From IMG/VR virus record IMGVR_UViG_3300032220_000751: 64,000 nt of DNA. One strand, given 5' to 3'. This document shows, piece after piece, positions 16,826 through 27,964 of the stretch (position 1 is the stretch's first letter; each line of letters begins with the position of its first letter). The notes beneath the pieces are model-generated. The model had not been told where the DNA came from. It worked only from the letters and a program-made list of their open reading frames with translations, and made no database searches. This DNA is from a virus. Its lineage: Duplodnaviria; Heunggongvirae; Uroviricota; Caudoviricetes. A program made the position numbers and the translations under genes.

Positions 16826-17089
16826 ATGCTGCTGTATCGTGGTGTGGTCGTAGGGTCTTCTGATCTGTATACAGCGCTACGTGAAAAGAAGAAGGAAGCT
16901 GCAAGAGATATCTTCAAGGACACGAAGCGACGTTATGAAGAGTTGTATTCGAAAGAAGACCGAGAGTGGTTCGATAAGAAATCCCAAGAGGGATGGCCTA
17001 TGGACCTGATGAGGAAAAAGAAAGAGGAAGATGAAGATGCAATCATTGATCTACTCGCTCGTTTCCTTAAAATGAAAAAGAAAGGATAG
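16826..17089 (+). CDS. hypothetical K/E-rich protein (87 aa)
   Basis: RBS AAGGAG; ORF. Confidence 0.5.
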   Translation: MLLYRGVVVGSSDLYTALREKKKEAARDIFKDTKRRYEELYSKEDREWFDKKSQEGWPMDLMRKKKEEDEDAIIDLLARFLKMKKKG

Positions 17090-17092
17090 GTC

Positions 17093-17704
17093 ATGATTAC
17101 CGTTAAGCGATACGTGCCAGGCTTTGTTGACATTGATGAAGAAGAGAAGGTTCCGACCAATGTCGATTGCCCCGTAGAGATTTTGAAGATTCCATTCGTT
17201 GCTCGATTGTTTACCGAAGGCTTCAGTCTCACAGTCAAGAAGTATCCTGAAGAAGAACGAATTCATCTGAAGGCTATGTTAGTGAACGACGAGGCTTCGC
17301 ATACTGTTGCTTTCATCAATGGTGTTAGCATCAGTGAATTGCTTACTGTATTTCCCATCGAAGAACTCACGTTTAAAGAACGTGCTGTACGAAACGTTAT
17401 AACCCCACTTACCATCAACATACTGGATAACGATGGGCGTTCCGGATTGCTCTTTTTATCCATCCAGCAGCAGTGGGGTATGCCTGGTGATAAATTAGAT
17501 TGGGCGATTGAAGTATTGAAAGAAGTCATCAGTAACAGTCCTCCATACGAAGGTTATGAGATCGTCAATATCTTCGACCTTGAAGTACATCTGAAGACTG
17601 GTAAACATTACAGTTTGGAAGTTAGTGCTACAGTGCAGGGTATGAGCAGCGGACAGTCACTTGCTTTTCAACATCGCGTCACTGTTAACTTTCTGAAAGG
17701 ATAA
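17093..17704 (+). CDS. hypothetical protein (203 aa), tandem paralogue of 17708
   Basis: RBS AAAGGA; N-terminus MITVKRYVPG...EILKIPF aligns with the next gene. Confidence 0.55.
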   Translation: MITVKRYVPGFVDIDEEEKVPTNVDCPVEILKIPFVARLFTEGFSLTVKKYPEEERIHLKAMLVNDEASHTVAFINGVSISELLTVFPIEELTFKERAVRNVITPLTINILDNDGRSGLLFLSIQQQWGMPGDKLDWAIEVLKEVISNSPPYEGYEIVNIFDLEVHLKTGKHYSLEVSATVQGMSSGQSLAFQHRVTVNFLKG

Positions 17705-17707
17705 ATC

Positions 17708-18436
17708 GTGATTCAAATTCGTCGTTATGTAGCGGGTGATTACGATCCCCGCACAGGTCCACTGCATTTCGCAGTGCAGACCCCACAGGAAATCCTGCAA
17801 CAACCATTCATTCGTAGCGTCGTCGAAGAAGATGGCTTCGTCTTGAAGTTCACTGACGATGGTCAAGGTCGCATCATCATTCAAGGTGAGTGCCCGATGT
17901 CCAAACAACGCAAGATCGTTGCTGTGGTTGAAGGTACTAACGTTGATGAGATGAAGAAAATCATGCCGTACCTTCAGCATACCTTGGCTACCATTGCTGA
18001 ACGTAACCGTATTGCACCGGTGGAGATTCGTTACGAGCCGCCGTCGATTGACTTCCTCGAACGTTTCATGGATAGCTTTGTAGCAGCTGTCCGTTATAAC
18101 GACTACAAGGGTGTGGCGCATCTCATCAAGAATGAGATCCTGAAGAACTCTCCAGTCTTCATCGGTTACACGGTATACGAAGCCATGAAGTTCGCTATGT
18201 CTTTGAACACTCGTGGCAACGGTATTGAACTGGTGGTGCTGTGTGGTGTTCATGCATGTCGTAACGGTCTGAAGGTAGAAGAGTTCATGTTCTCTCAAGA
18301 AGTGAAGATCACTTTCGGTACGATGCCACATGCTGAGAAGGAACCGACTGCAGCACCACGGACAGCAGTCCAAGAGACATCGCTGATCGACACCCCCATC
18401 GTCTCGTCTGGACTGCACTCGAATCTGGCACTCTAG
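17708..18436 (+). CDS. hypothetical protein (242 aa), tandem paralogue of 17093
   Basis: GTG start behind AAAGGA; (M)IQIRRYVAG...EILQQPF aligns with 17093. Confidence 0.55.
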   Translation: MIQIRRYVAGDYDPRTGPLHFAVQTPQEILQQPFIRSVVEEDGFVLKFTDDGQGRIIIQGECPMSKQRKIVAVVEGTNVDEMKKIMPYLQHTLATIAERNRIAPVEIRYEPPSIDFLERFMDSFVAAVRYNDYKGVAHLIKNEILKNSPVFIGYTVYEAMKFAMSLNTRGNGIELVVLCGVHACRNGLKVEEFMFSQEVKITFGTMPHAEKEPTAAPRTAVQETSLIDTPIVSSGLHSNLAL

Positions 18437-18480
18437 TCAGATTTTAAAGAAGTCAACGATCAGTATGTAAAGGAGTAGTA

Positions 18481-18939
18481 ATGGGTATTTGTCCAACTGT
18501 AGATTTGAGAAGTTTAGATGCATTCTTGAAAAATCGCGGTATGGCGTTTGGTGAGTCGCGCTATGGTGATAAAGACTATCAGTTGATGATCTCGCATAGC
18601 GTGAAACACGCCCACAGCGTCATCGATACTGAAAATGAATCAGGTGATGGATTCTCGTGGGTTGATGACTATTATGGAAGTAATCCCATTTCCATGTATC
18701 TCACCGGACCCAATCTCCTGACATGCTTGCGAGAAGCTAACCGTCGTGCTTATGCGATTCAGTCGGTAGGTGTGAAGGAATGGGAAGATCTGATGGGTGA
18801 ATTTAATCAACTCTTCTATCTCGCTTGCAATAGTTTCCGAGAAGGCGTGTCTCGTAAACCCATTAGTCCAGAGCTTCAAGCTAAACGCGATGATTATGCG
18901 CAACGCATGGAAAAAGCACTGAGAACATTTATCTATTAA
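18481..18939 (+). CDS. hypothetical protein (152 aa)
   Basis: RBS AAAGGAG; ORF. Confidence 0.55.
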   Translation: MGICPTVDLRSLDAFLKNRGMAFGESRYGDKDYQLMISHSVKHAHSVIDTENESGDGFSWVDDYYGSNPISMYLTGPNLLTCLREANRRAYAIQSVGVKEWEDLMGEFNQLFYLACNSFREGVSRKPISPELQAKRDDYAQRMEKALRTFIY

Positions 18940-18950
18940 GGAATAAAACA

Positions 18951-20006
18951 ATGCAACAATATTTAGCCGTCATGCGTGACATCCGTGAGAACGGGGAATG
19001 GAAAGAAAACCGCACTGGCATTCGCACCCTGATGATCGATGGTGCTATGGCACGCTACGATCTGCGTAAAGGCTTTCCTGCCGTAACCACTAAGAAGCTG
19101 GCATGGAATGCCGTTAAGGGTGAGCTGTGCGGTTTCCTGCGCGGTTTCACCAGCGCTGCTGACTTCCGTGACTTCGGTTGTCGCGTCTGGGATCAAAATG
19201 CAAATGAAAACAAGCAATGGCTGGACAATCCTTTCCGTAAGGGCACTGATCATCTGGGTCCGGTCTATGGTGCTCAATGGCGTAACTGGAAAGCTTACAA
19301 GAAGATCAATGACTATTCACAGAACGCTACTAACATCGCACACAAGTTGATCAAAGAAGACGGCTGGGAATCCATTGTCGACGATGCTGAAAACATTGAC
19401 TTCGCTATCTACTACAAGGAGATCGATCAGATCCGTGAATGTATCACCAAGATCTTCAAGGATCCTGACAACCGTCGCAACATCTTCCACGCCTGGAACT
19501 TCGCTGAACTGGATGAGATGGCTCTGGTACCGTGCCACCTGCTGTACCAGTTCCTGCCGAACAAGGATACCAAGGAAATGTCGCTGGTCATGTACCAACG
19601 CAGCTGCGACTACTTCCTGGGCGTGCCGTTCAATGTGGCGTCGGCTTCTCTGTTGTTGGAGATCGTCTGTCACCTGACTGGCTACAAGCCTAAGAACTTC
19701 GTTCACTTCATGGCTGATGTACATCTTTACGAAAACCATCTGGATCAAGTTGATGAACAGCTGTCGCGTGAACCGCTCCCACTGCCGACTTTGAAGATCA
19801 CGGGTCTGAAGTCCTACGATGAGATCTACAAGCAAGCTTTCATCGAACGTCCGCCGCGTGATGGTGTATATCCGGCAGGATACGATCCTCAAGCAGACAC
19901 CATGATCGATCTGGTCATGAAGGAAATCGACAACCTCCACCCCGACATGTTCGAGTTGGAGAACTATCAACATCACGCCGCTATCAAAGCACCGATGGCA
20001 GTCTAA
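18951..20006 (+). CDS. thyA: thymidylate synthase (ThyA family) with two large insertions (351 aa)
   Basis: Collinear with E. coli ThyA: MQQYL..M, TGI.T, AWN..EL..MAL.PCH (catalytic Cys), QRSCDYFLGVPFNVAS (Asn as in dUMP-specific enzymes), HLY.NH; ~55-aa insert before the PCH region and ~60-aa C-terminal insert. Confidence 0.88.
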   Translation: MQQYLAVMRDIRENGEWKENRTGIRTLMIDGAMARYDLRKGFPAVTTKKLAWNAVKGELCGFLRGFTSAADFRDFGCRVWDQNANENKQWLDNPFRKGTDHLGPVYGAQWRNWKAYKKINDYSQNATNIAHKLIKEDGWESIVDDAENIDFAIYYKEIDQIRECITKIFKDPDNRRNIFHAWNFAELDEMALVPCHLLYQFLPNKDTKEMSLVMYQRSCDYFLGVPFNVASASLLLEIVCHLTGYKPKNFVHFMADVHLYENHLDQVDEQLSREPLPLPTLKITGLKSYDEIYKQAFIERPPRDGVYPAGYDPQADTMIDLVMKEIDNLHPDMFELENYQHHAAIKAPMAV

Positions 20007-20045
20007 GGGTACGTGTTCGATTGGTGTTAAAAGATAGGAGTTAAT

Positions 20046-20426
20046 ATGGGGGTTCTTATCCAGGTCTCCAAATTTAATGCTGATTACTTCGATGACAACT
20101 TCATATACGACGGATACAATAATCGAGTGTTGGATTTTGATGCAGCGCATCGTGCACTTGATGGCGTGAAGTCTGAGTTTTCCAATTACACACGTAGTCA
20201 GGCAATTATTGAGAATGTTCTCTTTGTCCTGTCTGGCGTTCGTTGTTGGAGTAATGTTAGTCCAATGTGTTACGAACTAACTAAGGAAAACTTATTGGAA
20301 TTGAAGCAGTGTATGCCTGAAGGATATACTGATAATCTGTGGGATGACTTCTTAGAAGACGTAGATGAAATTTTGTCTAAGTTAGAAAAATCTGATCATT
20401 ACGTCTTCACAATTGACTGGGGTTAA
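20046..20426 (+). CDS. hypothetical protein (126 aa), AT-rich codon usage
   Basis: RBS TAGGAG; ORF. Confidence 0.5.
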   Translation: MGVLIQVSKFNADYFDDNFIYDGYNNRVLDFDAAHRALDGVKSEFSNYTRSQAIIENVLFVLSGVRCWSNVSPMCYELTKENLLELKQCMPEGYTDNLWDDFLEDVDEILSKLEKSDHYVFTIDWG

Positions 20427-20432
20427 TAGGAT

Positions 20433-20451
20433 GGAGGGTGTAATGCCCTCC
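20433..20451 (+). terminator. hairpin GGAGGG-tgtaatg-CCCTCC, weak U-tract
   Basis: 6-bp GC stem directly after stop 20426. Confidence 0.45.
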
Positions 20452-20475
20452 GTCTTATGACTGAAAGAATTCAAG

Positions 20476-20958
20476 ATGAACATTCGTATTGAACAAGCAG
20501 TAAATCTGGATCGCTGCGATGAATTCAGTCAGGTCTACGATCATTACTGGCGTGAAAATAGTCCAGATGAAGAAAGTGCTGCAGATACAGCAGCTGTCGC
20601 GTTTAAGAATTACCTTGCCAGTCCAGACAAGTATCGGTCTTTCTTCTTGATTGACGGTGATACTAATGCGATCGTTGGCTTTGCTAACATCCACATTAAC
20701 GTAGAGTTCTGCTCCTATGAACATGCGGTGTATGTAGCTGACCTATATGTTGCTCCGGAGTATCGGTATTACGGATTAGCAACACGAATGATAAACCATC
20801 TAGTAGAACTCTGCCAGCAAAATAACTGGAAGAAACTCTACTGGGTAACAGTATTGGAAAATGCTGAAGTAGAAGGTATTTGTACCAGACTTGCGAAGAG
20901 AAGAACGCATGTCTGGTATGAAATTCCAGTTCTGTATCAAGATCCAATTGATGAATAA
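20476..20958 (+). CDS. GNAT-family N-acetyltransferase
   Basis: Motif A VADLYVAPEYRYYGLATRMINHLVE. Confidence 0.6.
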   Translation: MNIRIEQAVNLDRCDEFSQVYDHYWRENSPDEESAADTAAVAFKNYLASPDKYRSFFLIDGDTNAIVGFANIHINVEFCSYEHAVYVADLYVAPEYRYYGLATRMINHLVELCQQNNWKKLYWVTVLENAEVEGICTRLAKRRTHVWYEIPVLYQDPIDE

Positions 20959-20970
20959 AATAGTTCTTAA

Positions 20971-23453
<2,483 letters not shown>

Positions 23454-23455
23454 AT

Positions 23456-23647
23456 ATGGCTGATGAAGTACCAGATCGTCCTGATTCACCGTGTGTAGCG
23501 GTTTGCACCACAACCTTCGATCCCGTTTGTCGTGGTTGTGGGAGAACCGTTTACGAGGCTGCGAATTGGGTAGCAATGACTCCAGAAGAAAAGGAAGTCG
23601 TATGGAAAAGGATAACGTTACAAGGTTTCCCGAAAAGAAACCCGTAG
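23456..23647 (+). CDS. small Cys-rich protein, DUF1289-like
   Basis: SPCVAVC...DPVCRGCGRTVYEAANW...MTPEEK matches the DUF1289 pattern. Confidence 0.5.
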   Translation: MADEVPDRPDSPCVAVCTTTFDPVCRGCGRTVYEAANWVAMTPEEKEVVWKRITLQGFPKRNP

Positions 23648-23961
23648 TAAAAGAGAAGGGATCATTGGACTGGGTGGATACTCCGGTACGTCGTGATTAC
23701 TTTGTTGAACCGCCAACGGTTGCGATGACTATGATGTCCACCGTTAGTCCAGCTGCATTGAAAGCAGCTAAGCAGCGGGTATTGGCTAGACGTCGTGCAA
23801 AGGTAATAAGAGACCTGAAGCTCAATGAAGGGTTGGAGCACCACATCGTAGCACAAGGTCAACTCCAGATCAATGAAATGATCAGGAAGAAAGAAGAACG
23901 CGGTGAGAAGCACGGTATGGAGTATTACCTTATGCTTCAGCTTGTAGTTGACAATACCTAA
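23602..23961 (+). CDS. hypothetical protein (119 aa)
   Basis: ATG 23602 behind AAGGAAG, inside ORF 23491-23961; overlaps the 3' end of the upstream gene. Confidence 0.45.
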   Translation: MEKDNVTRFPEKKPVVKEKGSLDWVDTPVRRDYFVEPPTVAMTMMSTVSPAALKAAKQRVLARRRAKVIRDLKLNEGLEHHIVAQGQLQINEMIRKKEERGEKHGMEYYLMLQLVVDNT

Positions 23962-24000
23962 AAAGCCAGTAAAATAGTGGATTCTAAATAATTTCAGATC

Positions 24001-24025
24001 TATATAACTGGCTTGAGTAGTAAGA
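24001..24025 (+). promoter_or_regulatory. variant of the conserved promoter-like motif (TATATAACTGGCTTGAGTAGTAAG)
   Basis: Shares GCTTGAGTA with the 52373 copy; intergenic, upstream of gene 24090. Confidence 0.3.
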
Positions 24026-24089
24026 GAAGTAAAGTTTCAAAGAGGTAATTTGGGCTCCTCTATTCTAGCCCAACCATAAGGAGTTACGC

Positions 24090-24473
24090 ATGCAATTCGA
24101 AAGCATGGTCAGGAAGCCTGAAGAAATCATTCCAGGGAATATTCTCTGGCGGGTTCAAGTCACTCTGAATGAAGACGGTAGCGTAAATGTTGCCGCCCCA
24201 TACAAAGTGATTCCTCGCACTGAAGCTAAGCAACTGTCGGATACTCAATATTTCGTCGGTATCCGTAACGTCATGGGCGGATTCATTATCCCTCTCGCCC
24301 TGGACGCATTTGCTGTTGGTCACAGTGAGGATTCAGATGAGTTTCGGTTCACTCATTCCCGGTTGTTCCGCAAACGTAAGGATGCGATCAACTACGGGCG
24401 TGAGATGCAATCCTATCAACCTCCCTTAGAAGAAATGAAGTATCATTTCACCATCAAAGGAGATGAAAAGTGA
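24090..24473 (+). CDS. hypothetical protein (127 aa)
   Basis: RBS AAGGAG; ORF. Confidence 0.55.
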   Translation: MQFESMVRKPEEIIPGNILWRVQVTLNEDGSVNVAAPYKVIPRTEAKQLSDTQYFVGIRNVMGGFIIPLALDAFAVGHSEDSDEFRFTHSRLFRKRKDAINYGREMQSYQPPLEEMKYHFTIKGDEK

Positions 24474-26173
24474 AAGCACCGAAACCCAAGTCAGAACCCA
24501 TCAAGGATTTCATGACAATGGCGCAAGTCATTGGCAAAGACACCCTGCCTGAAACATCCCAAAACAACAAGGAGCAACAAGCTATGCAAATGCAATCGAA
24601 TGTGAACATCATCGACACCGACTTCGTCAACCGCGACTGGCTGTGCCGTATCGATCCTGATGCCGAGATGCAAGCCAACATCGTGAATCTGATGGCAGAC
24701 CGCCGTCCGTTCACGGTCAAGGAAATCGGCGACGTCTTCGAATTCTTCGGCGACGCTGGTGATCGTGTGAAGTCCGCGCATGTCATGCTGCAGATGAATG
24801 CCAAGGGTTTCTTCAAGACCGTCTCCGGTGGCAACATCGAGATGTACATCCTGAAGGATCGTTTGCCTGGCATGGATCGCCCGAAGCAACCGAAGCTGTT
24901 CCGTACTCCTGATTACTTCGATCGTGATCCGATCGGCGAGATCAAGCGTGCTGATGGCGTCGACATGGCGATCTTCAAGATCCTGTTGTCCGATGGCGAA
25001 AAGCGCACCGCACAAGAACTGCGTGCTCTGCTCTATCCCTTCGGCTTCACGGCTAATGAAATCTCTGGCAAGCTGAAGACCCTGATGCTGGGGTCCAGTG
25101 GCGATGTCTGGATCGAACGCATCCAACGTGGTTCCGATGTCTGGTACACGGTCAAGAAGGGCTGGAACCTGGCTCGCTTCATCAAGGCACGCAAGGGCAA
25201 GCCATCCGTCGTTTACACGGGTGACGAGCCGGAACTGCCTGCAGCAAAGATCGATGACAAGCAAGAGTCTCTGACTCCGGCAGTCACCGGTCGTGCTGGT
25301 ACGCACGTGTCTGTCAGCGAAGTTCAAGCTGCATCTCAGGAGGAAGCTGTGGAAACCAACCAAGTCGACCTGGTCGTGACTGCCAAGGACACGATGGATC
25401 AAGCGATCTGGAAGGTTACGCAAGACCGCGCAACCTACCTGGTCTCTGAAGTCGCTGCTCTGATCGAAGACTTCGGCTTCAACAAGGGCACTGTCGGTGT
25501 GCGCATGGCCAAGCTGGCTGAAATGGGTTGGTTCACGCGTACTCCTGAGGGTCGTGCTTTCAAGTACACCATGGTGGAAGGTACTGCTTTCCCTATGGCG
25601 CAACTTGAAGTGGTCAAGCCGACTTCGCAAGTTCAGTCTGAACCTGCTGAAGGTAACAAGGTCGAAACCAAGGCACAAGAAGCCATCGTCACCACCAAGG
25701 CCGGTCCGAAGGTCGTGGCTCTGGATGAAGTCCAGAAACCGCGTATCAGCGTGACCGAACTGGCTCAAGAACTGGATGTGACGCCTACTGGCCTGATGTT
25801 CTACATCAAGTCGCGCGGTTTCACCGGTGTCCTGGACATCGATACCCAGTTGACCATCGAACACGCTGCTGCATTGCGTGTTAACTTCAACAAGAACGAT
25901 GCAAAGGAAATCGATATGGGTACTGTCACCAATCTGGCAGATGCAGTGAAGAACGACCAAGAACAACCGGCTCTGTTCACCATGATCGTCCAGATCAAGG
26001 GTGTGAACTTCAGCCTGGTTGAACTGAAGGAACTGACTGTGGAACTGGACGAAGCCATTTCGTTCCTGACCAAGGTCAAGTCCCTGGATGCGAAGATCAC
26101 CATCAAGACCATCCCGCTGTCGCTGGATGAAATGAAGGAACTCGCAGAACGCATCCGCGAACTGAAGCTGTAA
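24470..26173 (+). CDS. hypothetical acidic protein (567 aa) with three tandem winged-helix-like repeats and a C-terminal coiled coil
   Basis: GTG start overlapping the upstream stop (GTGA) behind AAAGGAG; internal ~65-aa repeats (FTVKEIGDVFEFFG.., TAQELRALLYPFGF.., ATYLVSEVAALIEDFGF..); ISVTELAQELDVTPTGLMFYIKSRG segment; GC-rich codons. Confidence 0.65.
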   Translation: MKAPKPKSEPIKDFMTMAQVIGKDTLPETSQNNKEQQAMQMQSNVNIIDTDFVNRDWLCRIDPDAEMQANIVNLMADRRPFTVKEIGDVFEFFGDAGDRVKSAHVMLQMNAKGFFKTVSGGNIEMYILKDRLPGMDRPKQPKLFRTPDYFDRDPIGEIKRADGVDMAIFKILLSDGEKRTAQELRALLYPFGFTANEISGKLKTLMLGSSGDVWIERIQRGSDVWYTVKKGWNLARFIKARKGKPSVVYTGDEPELPAAKIDDKQESLTPAVTGRAGTHVSVSEVQAASQEEAVETNQVDLVVTAKDTMDQAIWKVTQDRATYLVSEVAALIEDFGFNKGTVGVRMAKLAEMGWFTRTPEGRAFKYTMVEGTAFPMAQLEVVKPTSQVQSEPAEGNKVETKAQEAIVTTKAGPKVVALDEVQKPRISVTELAQELDVTPTGLMFYIKSRGFTGVLDIDTQLTIEHAAALRVNFNKNDAKEIDMGTVTNLADAVKNDQEQPALFTMIVQIKGVNFSLVELKELTVELDEAISFLTKVKSLDAKITIKTIPLSLDEMKELAERIRELKL

Positions 26174-26193
26174 CAGGCATAACTGACTGAGCT

Positions 26194-26259
26194 AGCTAGG
26201 ATAGAATCTTAATTGATTCTATCCTAGCTGCTCTTTCTCTTATGTCTTTTTTTTTTTGA
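26194..26259 (+). terminator. strong rho-independent terminator
   Basis: Perfect 15-bp stem AGCTAGGATAGAATC-ttaatt-GATTCTATCCTAGCT followed by T-rich sequence including a 13-T run. Confidence 0.9.
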
Positions 26260-26285
26260 TGTGAAATTTACAGACTTGCTATATG
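26256..26285 (+). promoter_or_regulatory. candidate sigma70-like promoter TTGATG-N18-TATATG
   Basis: Hexamers immediately after the terminator, upstream of gene 26315. Confidence 0.3.
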
Positions 26286-26314
26286 GTCTGACTAATAACC
26301 TAGAAGGAGTCACT

Positions 26315-27460
26315 ATGGCTTTGATTTCCCAATCAGTAGACGGCGAGCGTCTGGATCAGCTGGTGCAAAACCGCATCAACACCAATGAAATTATGGACCG
26401 TATCCGTCAGATCAAGAAAGAATCTGAAGGTGTGATCGGTGGTCCTGATGGTGAGTACATCGCCTTATCCGCACTGTTCAAAGAGATCGCTGATATTGGC
26501 ATTGATGAGATGGCCAAAGCCGCTGCAGTCCATGTCAAGCGCAAACCGCCAATGAGTGAGGTGGAGTTTGCTAAGCTGTTCTCCAGTGGTAACGATGAAA
26601 GCGAGAAAAGCGAGAAAGATGACTTCATCGTGAATACGCATCGTGATGATCATAAGGACGGTGGTTTCGCATTCACTCCCGGATATTCGCAAGAAGAGTT
26701 CGATGCATTGCCGCCAGCTACTCAGATCCTTCGTATTGCTGATGAGACTGTACGCGTTATCGTAAGTGATAAAGTACCCGCTAATGGTAAAGAATCGGTG
26801 ATCCACACCATGCAGTCTTTACAATGGGTTAGTAAGTTCGTACAACTGATTGAGAAGTATCTGGGCGTTCAGTATACTGAGAAGTTCACATCGATTCTCG
26901 GTTCATATGCTGAACAATTGGAGATCTATCAGAATAACAAAAACAGCGCTCTATGGATGCCTGTTCAGATGGTACGTAATGAAATCGAAGACGAGATCAA
27001 GATGATCATGAACATCCATCCGGATAAGATTCCTGAACTAACCAAACATGAACCCAAGATCGACATCGTCATACGTTCCAATGGACGTCAACAAGGCGCT
27101 AGCTATCTGTCTAACACCATTTATGATTCTCTGAAGATATTGGGTTATCGCAATCTCAGTCAGAACAATCTGCAAGAAGGTAACGGTAGTATTCACAGTC
27201 ATCACCGCACGAACTACGAACGCAATGGCATAGCTGTTCAGTATCTACTGGAAATACCGATCACTATCGAAATTGAACAGTTCGATAATGAAGACAAGCA
27301 GTGGCGTGATGGTAAGGGTAATGTGATCGGTGAGCGTAAAGTCAAATTCGATTTTGATGTCGATACCTCTAACCTGCCAGAACATCTGAAAGCACATGGG
27401 ACTTTGGTTGATATTCCCAAAGTCTGGCCGAGTACTACTGACACTAACAATAAAGGATAA
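26315..27460 (+). CDS. hypothetical protein (381 aa)
   Basis: ATG behind GAAGGAG (the ORF opens at GTG 26261). Confidence 0.6.
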   Translation: MALISQSVDGERLDQLVQNRINTNEIMDRIRQIKKESEGVIGGPDGEYIALSALFKEIADIGIDEMAKAAAVHVKRKPPMSEVEFAKLFSSGNDESEKSEKDDFIVNTHRDDHKDGGFAFTPGYSQEEFDALPPATQILRIADETVRVIVSDKVPANGKESVIHTMQSLQWVSKFVQLIEKYLGVQYTEKFTSILGSYAEQLEIYQNNKNSALWMPVQMVRNEIEDEIKMIMNIHPDKIPELTKHEPKIDIVIRSNGRQQGASYLSNTIYDSLKILGYRNLSQNNLQEGNGSIHSHHRTNYERNGIAVQYLLEIPITIEIEQFDNEDKQWRDGKGNVIGERKVKFDFDVDTSNLPEHLKAHGTLVDIPKVWPSTTDTNNKG

Positions 27461-27465
27461 GAAAC

Positions 27466-27963
27466 ATGGCGTACGACCGTCAACTCCCATTTGAAATGGG
27501 AGAAGGTACTACCAAGGCAGCGGTGCTTGCAAACTACCCCGCAATCACAGAAGTCAGTAGACGTGTCCGAGAAGAACACGCTAAAGTCAATCCGGTACTT
27601 CCGAAAGGACCTACGGTGGAAAAAGAGAACCCCATACAAGTTTTCCGGAGTGAATACTTCGCAAATGATCCAGAGATGATCAAACGCCTGCTATTCACTC
27701 ATCGTCAAAATCTCCCCAAGACTTCTGACTCGTACTGTGATTACAATCGCTTCAGGGATGTGCATAATAACTACACCAGATCGATCTTAGAAATCGTTCG
27801 TGAAGTTGCTCATGTCGGTACTGGCATCCGGTGCAAGAGCTTTGGCATTGTGTTCGATATTTACAACGGTGCTGAAATCATTTATCAAGAGGTTAACTCT
27901 AATGTGGAACACCGCATTAAGATCACACAACCTCCCAAATATTCTTTTCCTGAAAGGACCTGA
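27466..27963 (+). CDS. hypothetical protein (165 aa)
   Basis: RBS AAAGGA; ORF. Confidence 0.55.
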   Translation: MAYDRQLPFEMGEGTTKAAVLANYPAITEVSRRVREEHAKVNPVLPKGPTVEKENPIQVFRSEYFANDPEMIKRLLFTHRQNLPKTSDSYCDYNRFRDVHNNYTRSILEIVREVAHVGTGIRCKSFGIVFDIYNGAEIIYQEVNSNVEHRIKITQPPKYSFPERT

Positions 27964-27964
27964 A

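Noticed and set aside
19300-19470. ~55-aa insertion in ThyA as a possible intein or intron
   Set aside because: Too short for an intein and lacks Cys/Ser...HN boundaries. The reading frame is continuous, so there is no group I intron (unlike T4 td).
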